A stretch of 44,715 nucleotides of DNA from a virus (taxonomy: Duplodnaviria > Caudoviricetes): IMG/VR virus record IMGVR_UViG_3300048880_000040, positions 1 through 44,715 of that record. One strand, 5' to 3'. Shown one piece after another: positions 19,509 to 26,799 of this stretch; the first letter of the stretch is position 1; every line of letters starts with the position of its first letter. The notes under the pieces are model-generated. The model had not been told where the DNA came from. It was given only the letters and a program-made list of their open reading frames with translations, and made no database searches. A program made the translations under genes and the position numbers.

Positions 19509-19789
19509 TAGTCTCTCCTAGCATCTGTTTTACCATCAGCTCGTGCTATTCGATCAACATCTGGTCGTATATTGAAAGCTTGACACATTTTTACATCTAT
19601 TCGTATCAATTCACTATTCATTGTTTTGACTCTATTATCAAGAGCTTGAGCAAACTGTCGTTGAAGCTTTATATCATCTAATACACCATCTAAAATAAAA
19701 TTTAGTGTTAAGTAAACAAAATATCCAGCTGCACCAGCGCCAACAATTGGGAATCCAACCTCTGTAATTAGATCTAAATATGCTTCCAT
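19508..19789 (-). CDS. Small single-TM membrane protein with coiled coil (YvrJ-like GFPI motif), paralog 2
   Basis: VGFPIVGAGAAGYFVYL, then RVKTMNSELIRIDVK. Visibly similar to the neighbouring gene. Confidence 0.7.
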   Translation of the reverse strand: MEAYLDLITEVGFPIVGAGAAGYFVYLTLNFILDGVLDDIKLQRQFAQALDNRVKTMNSELIRIDVKMCQAFNIRPDVDRIARADGKTDARRD

Positions 19790-19816
19790 GTATGTTTACC
19801 TGAGTGCCAGTAGTGG

Positions 19817-19912
19817 TTACTGTACTAGAGTGATGACAGGAATTACCCATATCATCCAGAATGTTATAACTATAAATCCTGCGATTATGTTATTTCGCAG
19901 TCTATGAGTCAT
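19817..19912 (-). CDS. 31-aa hydrophobic peptide, or truncated remnant of a secreted-protein gene
   Basis: Hand translation MTHRLRNNIIAGFIVITFWMIWVIPVITLVQ*. AAGGGA upstream. Not in the ORF track. Confidence 0.45.
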   Translation of the reverse strand: MTHRLRNNIIAGFIVITFWMIWVIPVITLVQ

Positions 19913-19921
19913 ATTAATCCC

Positions 19922-20074
19922 TTAAATCCAACCTGTTAATAAATGCCATATTGTACTAGCAGTATTACCTATAAGGTTAACTCCTGCTCTTGGTATAGCT
20001 AAAATTTGTTCTGCACAACCTGAAACAAATATTGCTGTAAAAAGAAGGAATAGTATTAAATATAGTTTTTTCAT
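19922..20074 (-). CDS. 50-aa small lipoprotein
   Basis: Hand translation MKKLYLILFLLFTAIFVSGCAEQILAIPRAGVNLIGNTASTIWHLLTGWI*. Lipobox VSGC, AGGAG RBS, ATGA overlap with the upstream ORF. Confidence 0.75.
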   Translation of the reverse strand: MKKLYLILFLLFTAIFVSGCAEQILAIPRAGVNLIGNTASTIWHLLTGWI

Positions 20075-20169
20075 TTATAACTCCTTTTTCTTTTCTTAAC
20101 AACAGCTTTATGTTCTTTTAAAGCTTTTTTACGAGCTGCTCCTTTCTTTCCTTTATAATGTGTTGGCAT
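20071..20169 (-). CDS. 32-aa highly basic peptide
   Basis: Hand translation MPTHYKGKKGAARKKALKEHKAVVKKRKRSYK* (14 K/R). TAATG coupling upstream and ATGA coupling downstream. Confidence 0.65.
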   Translation of the reverse strand: MPTHYKGKKGAARKKALKEHKAVVKKRKRSYK

Positions 20170-20699
20170 TATCCTGTAGGCTCTGCATTAGTAATTTGAG
20201 TATTAATATTACCTGTACCTGTAGCATTAAGAGCAACAACTTGAGTTGAAGCTACACCTGCTGTACTAATATTAATAGCCCAAGCATCTAATAATGTCTT
20301 AAGATACTTTTGGTCAGCATTCCACTTAAAGCCTTTAGCTTGTTCACCATATAACGTAGCTTGTTTACCTAAAATACTATTAGCATTAGGTGTGGCATTA
20401 GTAGTTTGCAGTGTTTGTCCATATTCAGTAACTTTCTTTTGAGTTATTAAAAGTACTTCAGCATTAGTTTTTTCTAATCCAATTGCATATGCAACAGATT
20501 GCTGTAAAGCACTTTGCATTGCACCTAAGTAAACAGTTGCAAAATCTCCACCAGTTATTCTACCTAATTGATACTGAGCTTCTAAATGTGTAGTAACGGC
20601 TTCCATTAAGTCATCAAAAACTCCACTACCTGTAACTACATTATTCGTAACTGTTAAACTAGCGCCTAGTGTTAATGTTGCATTAGTTAAAGTTGGCAT
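20169..20699 (-). CDS. Virion structural protein (N4 gp54-like)
   Basis: GSGVFDDLM...HLEAQYQLGRITG.DFA.VY and ILGKQ..LY.EQ..GF motifs. Synteny. Confidence 0.85.
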   Translation of the reverse strand: MPTLTNATLTLGASLTVTNNVVTGSGVFDDLMEAVTTHLEAQYQLGRITGGDFATVYLGAMQSALQQSVAYAIGLEKTNAEVLLITQKKVTEYGQTLQTTNATPNANSILGKQATLYGEQAKGFKWNADQKYLKTLLDAWAINISTAGVASTQVVALNATGTGNINTQITNAEPTG

Positions 20700-20703
20700 A
20701 GTA

Positions 20704-21291
20704 TTATCCTATTGATCCAGTTGCTTTTTGTTTTATTGCTAATTGTTCTCTCTCTTCTTCAGTTAAAGGAGGAAGAACTTCAACATTAAAAGCTTTGATA
20801 TTAGTAGGTTCCATAAAATCTTGTCCATTACGAGTAACTTTTTTAAATATTTGGCATTCTGCAGCCATAAGATGTTCATAAAGGATATTAGGTATATGCC
20901 AACCATCTTCATTATTATAAGGAATATACTTTTTAACTGGTTTACCCCCATTAAGTACTTTATTACCTACAGTAAAAATTTCACCAGCAGAATCTCGTTT
21001 AAGAGGATTATTTGATCTTACAATTACACGAATAAGTTTTTTAGCATGTGCATCCCTTAAACCTTCTAATTCAACACCATTAAATTTAAAATCATTAGCA
21101 ATTACCTCTGCTTCTGTTAAGTGAACACCACCTGAATCAGATGTTTCAAGAGATTCAGTTATTAGAGTACCTTCTTTGGTAGCTTTTAAAGCTTTCTCTA
21201 ATTTCTCACGTTTACTATTAAAGTGCATTTTTACACCGTGATTACTTAATTCATCACTAATTTGTTTGGATGTCATTTCTTCAATTTGCAT
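20704..21291 (-). CDS. N4 gp55-like protein
   Basis: KLIRVIV...NPLKRD..GEIFTVGN, KKYIPY, GWHIP, FNVEVLPPLTEEE motifs. Start moved from 21318 to ATG 21291 because of the GGAG RBS and because the longer start falls inside a terminator hairpin. Confidence 0.85.
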   Translation of the reverse strand: MQIEEMTSKQISDELSNHGVKMHFNSKREKLEKALKATKEGTLITESLETSDSGGVHLTEAEVIANDFKFNGVELEGLRDAHAKKLIRVIVRSNNPLKRDSAGEIFTVGNKVLNGGKPVKKYIPYNNEDGWHIPNILYEHLMAAECQIFKKVTRNGQDFMEPTNIKAFNVEVLPPLTEEEREQLAIKQKATGSIG

Positions 21292-21303
21292 AATATCTCC
21301 TTT

Positions 21304-21340
21304 AAAAATCTTCCCCACATACGAAGTATGTGGAGAAGAT
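21304..21340 (-). terminator. Rho-independent terminator downstream of the major capsid gene
   Basis: Minus strand ATCTTCTCCACATAC-TTC-GTATGTGGGGAAGAT followed by TTTT. 15-bp stem with one G:U pair. Confidence 0.85.
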
Positions 21341-21353
21341 AAGAAAACTCAAA

Positions 21354-22637
21354 TTAAGCTTTCTTAGTCCAAAGAATACCTAGGCGTTCAGGGCGTAGAG
21401 CCATGAAACCATAGTACCATTTGATTGAGTAAAACCCTTTTTCACCGTAAGGGTCATTTACGTCTGCAGTCTCTCTACCTGGCTTCTTGTGAGTAGTAGT
21501 AAATTTCAAAGTCTTACCATCAGTTTGGAAACCGATAGTAGTAAATGAACCATCACCTACACAAAGCATTGGGTAAATATCAACAGCTGATGCACCACCA
21601 CCCTCAGAAGTAAGCATTTCAGGAACTACAACAAAACGGAATTGGTCTACTGAACCAATTTCACCATTTAAAATTGTAGTAGCATCAGCGTACTTTTCTA
21701 CGCCAATAAAGCCTGTACCAACACCAGAACTACCAATGTCTTGCATCTTACGTACTAAAGGAATTAAATCTGGTCCAATGTACATAACACGTCCACCCAT
21801 TACAGTTTTAGTATCAGTCATACGAGAGCCTGAAATTATCTTAGTTGTTCTTGGAGTCTTGTTGTTATCCAAGGCAATAGATAAAGTCATTAGGTCATCA
21901 TAATCAACGGCTGCAGCTACAGTAGCTTTAGTTGTTACTACACCTGGATACTGAACAGTACCATTTGTAGTAGCTTCGTTGATTAGGTCTTTTTGTAATT
22001 GTGCTTCAGTCATTTCTGTAGCACCTACCATCATTTCTTCAGTTATATGACCTAGTAACTCAGAATCTGAATCGAAATCCAAAGACTCTTGAGTATACTC
22101 AGTGAAGAAACCTTGCTTGATCAGTGAACCAGTTATTTGTGTACGTGTGAAACCTACACGGTTAACTCTTCCACCATTCTCAGTTAACGCTGGTAGACGA
22201 TCCGCAATAATACCAACGTCTTTAGAAGAACCGTAAATATTACCTGCAGTTTGAACTGAAACAACACCTGCACCTGATACAGCATTAGCAGCAGTTGCAA
22301 AAAACCCAGTATGAGTTGAAGTAGCTGCTGTATAACCAGTACCAGTTGTGATTTCAACACCAGCGGCATTGTAACCTTTAAATTTAGCAGATGTAACAAT
22401 TAGACCTGCTGCATCAAGACCTTGGTCTGATGTATTTAAAACATCTAATAATGGTTGATAAACATCCTGCTTAATTGTCTTACCATGATGTTTAGGCATA
22501 GCCCTTACATCTGCCAAAGGCATAAAGTACTGAATGTCACGTACTTTAATGAGCGCTTTTTTAAAGTAAAAATCAGTGCGCGCTTGAGCACCGATATTAC
22601 TGGCACCATTGGCGCCTGTTCCGTATTCTAAAGCCAT
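21354..22637 (-). CDS. Major capsid protein (N4 gp56 family)
   Basis: QYFMPLADVRAMPKHHGKTIK, LPALTENGGRVNRVGFTR, GEIGSVDQFRFVVVPEM, DPYGEKGFYSIKWYYGFMALRPER. Confidence 0.97.
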   Translation of the reverse strand: MALEYGTGANGASNIGAQARTDFYFKKALIKVRDIQYFMPLADVRAMPKHHGKTIKQDVYQPLLDVLNTSDQGLDAAGLIVTSAKFKGYNAAGVEITTGTGYTAATSTHTGFFATAANAVSGAGVVSVQTAGNIYGSSKDVGIIADRLPALTENGGRVNRVGFTRTQITGSLIKQGFFTEYTQESLDFDSDSELLGHITEEMMVGATEMTEAQLQKDLINEATTNGTVQYPGVVTTKATVAAAVDYDDLMTLSIALDNNKTPRTTKIISGSRMTDTKTVMGGRVMYIGPDLIPLVRKMQDIGSSGVGTGFIGVEKYADATTILNGEIGSVDQFRFVVVPEMLTSEGGGASAVDIYPMLCVGDGSFTTIGFQTDGKTLKFTTTHKKPGRETADVNDPYGEKGFYSIKWYYGFMALRPERLGILWTKKA

Positions 22638-22670
22638 TTTAAGCTCCTATAAACGTTTAAAAGAAAAAGA

Positions 22671-23873
22671 TTACACATCAGCTAATTTCATAAATTCTTC
22701 GTCCGACATATTAAGAAAATTTCTTGGACTAGATTTAGCTTTACTTGTAGTCTTCTTTGTTGCTGCTGCAGCTTTACGCTTTTGTTGTATCTCAGCAGCA
22801 TCCTTTGCTTTAGTCTTAGGTAAAGATGCTTTAGGAGGTGCTATTTGACCATCTGGTATTATTGAGCCTTGTTGTTGCAGATGTTCAGCTACTTGTCTAT
22901 AAGCTTCTACATCAGGTACATTTAACCTACCTAATGCTCTTTCTGTATCAACAATGGATTGAACTTTATCATATACACCATTAAAAACATGGTCATTGAT
23001 GATTGAAATAATTTCAGGATTATCTGATATTAAATTTTTACTTTCATTGTCCCACTCTTTTGCTAATATGTTTATAGTCTTATCAAAAGATGCAGTACCT
23101 CTAATATCGTCAATTGCCTGATTTATCTTAAATTCTTTATCACTAACTCCATAATTATTGGGTTTATAACCCACCTCTTCATCAGTATCTATATCTAACG
23201 GATCAATACCACTGTCCTTTATAAGCTGAGCAATTGCTTTAGGGTCTTTTTTAGAAATGTCGATTAAGTTGTTAAGTTTAGCTTGATCTAACAACCCCTC
23301 TTTTTCTAACATGCTTACCATTTTTAAATGAGGACTTAATGTCTTCATTTTATTATGATAGTCAGCGCCCTTTTGCATTAAGGCAATAGCATCGTCAATA
23401 TTATTGACTTGCATCATCCTCTTACTAGCTTTAAACGGTGATGTAATCCGTTTGTATGCAGCTTCAAAATCTACTTCACCAGTTTCTTGAGTTGCCTCAG
23501 TTGTTTCTGGTTCTTCGACATCGGTAGTTGCATCAGTCTCCTCAGACTCTGTAACAAGGTCTTCTTCTAATGTTTCAGCTTCCGCTTCAGGAATATCAAT
23601 AGGCGGGTCAGTTACTACATTTTCTGTTTCATCTTCTTCAGATTCATCGGTAGTACTCTCAGATGCTTCAGTGTCCTCAGGAGGTTCGACCTCATCAGGA
23701 GTTGCCTCTACATCTTCGCTTGCTACTTCTTCAGAAGTTTGCTCTTCTTCGGAAGTGTCAATTTGATCGGTGTTTTCTTGAAGTGCTTCTTCATCTAATG
23801 CAGCTTCAATTTCACCTAAATTTTGTTTTAGGAACTCTTCATCAGACATTCCTAATTGGTTATCTACAGCCAT
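22671..23873 (-). CDS. N4 gp57-like protein (acidic, probable scaffold)
   Basis: MSDEEF motif at both ends, very acidic N-terminal third, PFKA..LMQKGADY and KDSGIDPLDID. Upstream of the capsid gene. Confidence 0.88.
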   Translation of the reverse strand: MAVDNQLGMSDEEFLKQNLGEIEAALDEEALQENTDQIDTSEEEQTSEEVASEDVEATPDEVEPPEDTEASESTTDESEEDETENVVTDPPIDIPEAEAETLEEDLVTESEETDATTDVEEPETTEATQETGEVDFEAAYKRITSPFKASKRMMQVNNIDDAIALMQKGADYHNKMKTLSPHLKMVSMLEKEGLLDQAKLNNLIDISKKDPKAIAQLIKDSGIDPLDIDTDEEVGYKPNNYGVSDKEFKINQAIDDIRGTASFDKTINILAKEWDNESKNLISDNPEIISIINDHVFNGVYDKVQSIVDTERALGRLNVPDVEAYRQVAEHLQQQGSIIPDGQIAPPKASLPKTKAKDAAEIQQKRKAAAATKKTTSKAKSSPRNFLNMSDEEFMKLADV

Positions 23874-24211
23874 CAGCTTAAGTCCTCCTGAAGTATTTCA
23901 GTCCTAGCATTCTCATCATCTTTATAAGCCTGCTCTGCCTGTATACCTCGTGTAAGGACACTATCAAAAAAGTTACTTAATGCACCAATACCATATATCA
24001 TATTGTCAATTAACTTTTTTTGATCCTCGCTTAATGCACTACTCTTAGCCATAACTAAGCGTGCTGATTCTTCTTTAAAATAATAATCTAGTACTACTTT
24101 TTTAAATTCTCTATTTTTAAAAAGTTTTATCGTACTATCTTTAATATCAATAAAATGCTTTGCTTCTTGCATATTATTATCTAATTCTTCTAACTGTTCT
24201 TCTGTGCTCAT
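23873..24211 (-). CDS. N4 gp58-like protein
   Basis: KLFKNREFKKVVLDYYFKEESARLV motif. Located between portal and gp57-like gene. Confidence 0.85.
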   Translation of the reverse strand: MSTEEQLEELDNNMQEAKHFIDIKDSTIKLFKNREFKKVVLDYYFKEESARLVMAKSSALSEDQKKLIDNMIYGIGALSNFFDSVLTRGIQAEQAYKDDENARTEILQEDLS

Positions 24212-24300
24212 CGTGTGTCCTCTTATTGAGATAAAAACAAAGTAGTGCTACTTTTACATATAATATCCTTAATTTATAGTATAAAGTATCTAATTTCGCG

Positions 24301-24309
24301 ATTATATCA
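24301..24309 (-). promoter_or_regulatory. Putative extended -10 promoter (TGnTATAAT) for the scaffold/capsid genes
   Basis: Minus strand TGATATAAT in the gap between portal and gp58-like gene. No good -35 at 17-nt spacing. Confidence 0.55.
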
Positions 24310-24323
24310 CGATTTTTCAAACA

Positions 24324-26456
24324 TTACTCCCCATTTAACATTGGTTCATTGATTATTGCATCTGCAAACTTACTATCCATAGCATTTTGCTGATCAGTTT
24401 GTTTTAAATCTTGTTCATGTTGTCTGTTAACTCCTGACTCTTGTTCTACAAAGTTTAAGTCATCTAAATCAGACTTACTATTTAAGTTTCTAGACTTAGA
24501 TAGTTCTGTCTGTGTCTTCGCTTTCTTATATTCAACATCTACTTGATTTTCCATTGCTTTAGCGCTTTCATTAGCTATTTGAGCTTGTAGTAATTGCATT
24601 TCAAGTTGAGCTTTCTGTTCAGCCATAGGATCAGGTTGAGGTTGATACTCTTTAATTTGTTTAGCTAATTCAGGCATCTTACGTAGTCGAGCAATATCAG
24701 CTAATATAATCTGTGACATAGATGCATCCATATTATTACCCATTGTTTGTAACATAAAGGATAGTTCTTCAGCTTTTTCATTATCTGCTTCAGCTGTAGA
24801 TATATTTAACTTAATATCATACATACCACCTAAATCTTCACGATTAATAGCAACAAATTCTTCATTTGTTACTCGTATAATTTCTTGGTCAGATAAGAAT
24901 TCAGAATTCATTGAAATAATCTTACGGCCTATTTGATTAATACCAGCAGCTAATCGTCTTAATATTCCTAATTCACGTTTAGAAGCTGCATCTAATGCAC
25001 TTCTTATACCAGTAGCTGTATTACCTAAAGCTTGTCCACTAATACCACTATTAAATGCTTTAACACCTGTTAGTGATTCAGCTTCATTGTTTTGTAGATT
25101 AAGCATATTAAGAGCACTTTGAGGTATCTCAGGATAGACATCCATATGAAAAGCTTGTCTAGGGTCTACATTAGAATTAAACTTATAATCAGCCCCTTGT
25201 TCAAACTTACGTGCATTAGTAACATCTAATGCATCTTTACGGATACCCATTTGTCCATTAGCTGATCTACCAATAATATCAATCATACCCCGCGTTACAG
25301 CACCAATAATCTTTTGGTTATCTTCTAGTAATGCACCATCTGGTTGTCCATATATGTTTTTACGTACTGGTAAGTATTGAACTGCTACAAAAGGTAGTTT
25401 TTTATCAGGGAATGGATTTGCTTCCATTCTAATTAATACATCACCAACCCAAGTAGCTATAAAAGGCTCTACTTCACCAGTATCATTTATATCCCAATAC
25501 CCCCAATATTCAAATACTATTATTTTTTTACGAGGTTCATCTTTAAATTTAAAGCTTGTAGTATCTTCAATACTATGATCAGGTTGAGCTAATGGAGAAG
25601 CATTCTCTACTATTATATGATCTAAGTTTTCATATCTACCATCTTTTTTAAGTTCAGACATTGATGTTTCAAAATTATAAATAACAAAATTAGCTTTATC
25701 TAATTCTCCTAAACATGTAGGATCAATAATAATATTGTTGTAGTCACATACTTCTAATTCTGGTTGATTTTTAATAATTTTTGTCTCTTCTTCCATATGT
25801 GTACCTGTTTGTATAGGCATCATTGGAGTACCAGTTTCCATAGTTAACTGATGTGCTTCTTGCATTTCTGGAGGAGTTTCATTTTGATATGCTTCAGGGT
25901 CTTGTTCCATCATTTGATGTAACTGTTGATGCATTTGACCTGATTCAGGTGAAGGTTGAAATTCAAAATCAGGAACTTCAACTTCTACAATTTCATCTTT
26001 ATAATCCCAGCCTACTTTAACAATAACAGTACCTTCATCTACAGCTGTACGGATGTATTCATCAATAAATGCTGTTTTATCAAGTTTACAATTTATTTGA
26101 TAGTTAAGTAATAATTGGTTTTGTATAGCTGACTCTTTATCTTCAAAAGTCATAGGTGCTGTATTAAATAAATCATCAGTAGATAAGAAAGGCTCACTTA
26201 GTGAAGCATAACGCCATTCTGCTTGTTTACGAATAAGTTTAGGAACAATCTTAGATCTTCCTGTCTTATTAGCTATTGTTTGTTCACCTTTTAAAGCACT
26301 TAACCAAGTATCAACCTCTAATACATGAGATGTATGAGATGCTTGTGCCTCTTCATAATCCTGTTTAAGTTCTAATAAGTCAGGTGGATTTTTCCAATCT
26401 ACAAGCTTTTTTGGTTCACTTAAATCTACATCTAAGTCATGTTGTTTTTCAGCCAT
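24324..26456 (-). CDS. Portal protein (N4 gp59-like)
   Basis: GRSKIVPKLIRKQAEWRY..LSEPFL, EYWGYWDI, DNQKIIGAVTRGMID, EAESLTGVKAF, FMLQTMG motifs. Confidence 0.96.
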   Translation of the reverse strand: MAEKQHDLDVDLSEPKKLVDWKNPPDLLELKQDYEEAQASHTSHVLEVDTWLSALKGEQTIANKTGRSKIVPKLIRKQAEWRYASLSEPFLSTDDLFNTAPMTFEDKESAIQNQLLLNYQINCKLDKTAFIDEYIRTAVDEGTVIVKVGWDYKDEIVEVEVPDFEFQPSPESGQMHQQLHQMMEQDPEAYQNETPPEMQEAHQLTMETGTPMMPIQTGTHMEEETKIIKNQPELEVCDYNNIIIDPTCLGELDKANFVIYNFETSMSELKKDGRYENLDHIIVENASPLAQPDHSIEDTTSFKFKDEPRKKIIVFEYWGYWDINDTGEVEPFIATWVGDVLIRMEANPFPDKKLPFVAVQYLPVRKNIYGQPDGALLEDNQKIIGAVTRGMIDIIGRSANGQMGIRKDALDVTNARKFEQGADYKFNSNVDPRQAFHMDVYPEIPQSALNMLNLQNNEAESLTGVKAFNSGISGQALGNTATGIRSALDAASKRELGILRRLAAGINQIGRKIISMNSEFLSDQEIIRVTNEEFVAINREDLGGMYDIKLNISTAEADNEKAEELSFMLQTMGNNMDASMSQIILADIARLRKMPELAKQIKEYQPQPDPMAEQKAQLEMQLLQAQIANESAKAMENQVDVEYKKAKTQTELSKSRNLNSKSDLDDLNFVEQESGVNRQHEQDLKQTDQQNAMDSKFADAIINEPMLNGE

Positions 26457-26799
26457 TAGCTACTTCCTTAAGTTGTTGTGCTACATAATACTGCATTATT
26501 CGGATATCTTCATATTTCTTAACTTTATGTAGAGTCTTACCTTGATACTCTATTGTTGTATCCATGTACTTATCGAATAAGCCTACAGTATTCTCAAATA
26601 AAACACAATATATATCCTTATCTCTTACTATTTCAGTACAAAAATATTCATATACCTCCATAAAGTATCTTTTATCATCAGCATTACCAGCAATAGCTAC
26701 ACTAGTAATAAAATAACCAGGTAGATTCTTATCGTAAAAGTAATATAGAAAAGCATTACCTTTATGTATTGCTGTACAACGTTGAAATTTAATATCCAT
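26449..26799 (-). CDS. Hypothetical protein
   Basis: 116 aa, overlapping/coupled to both neighbours. No family recognised. Confidence 0.7.
   Translation of the reverse strand: MDIKFQRCTAIHKGNAFLYYFYDKNLPGYFITSVAIAGNADDKRYFMEVYEYFCTEIVRDKDIYCVLFENTVGLFDKYMDTTIEYQGKTLHKVKKYEDIRIMQYYVAQQLKEVANG

Noticed and set aside
13038-19789. Cassette as host chromosomal DNA or a transposon
   Set aside because: It is flanked on both sides by N4 core genes, co-oriented and tightly spaced, with no transposase, integrase or terminal repeats. A chimeric assembly cannot be fully excluded without reads.
21308-21340. C-GAA-G triloop hairpin on the + (template) strand resembling an N4 vRNAP hairpin promoter
   Set aside because: The 15-bp stem is much longer than vRNAP promoter stems, is followed by a T run on the coding strand and sits right after the capsid gene. 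A terminator is the simpler reading.
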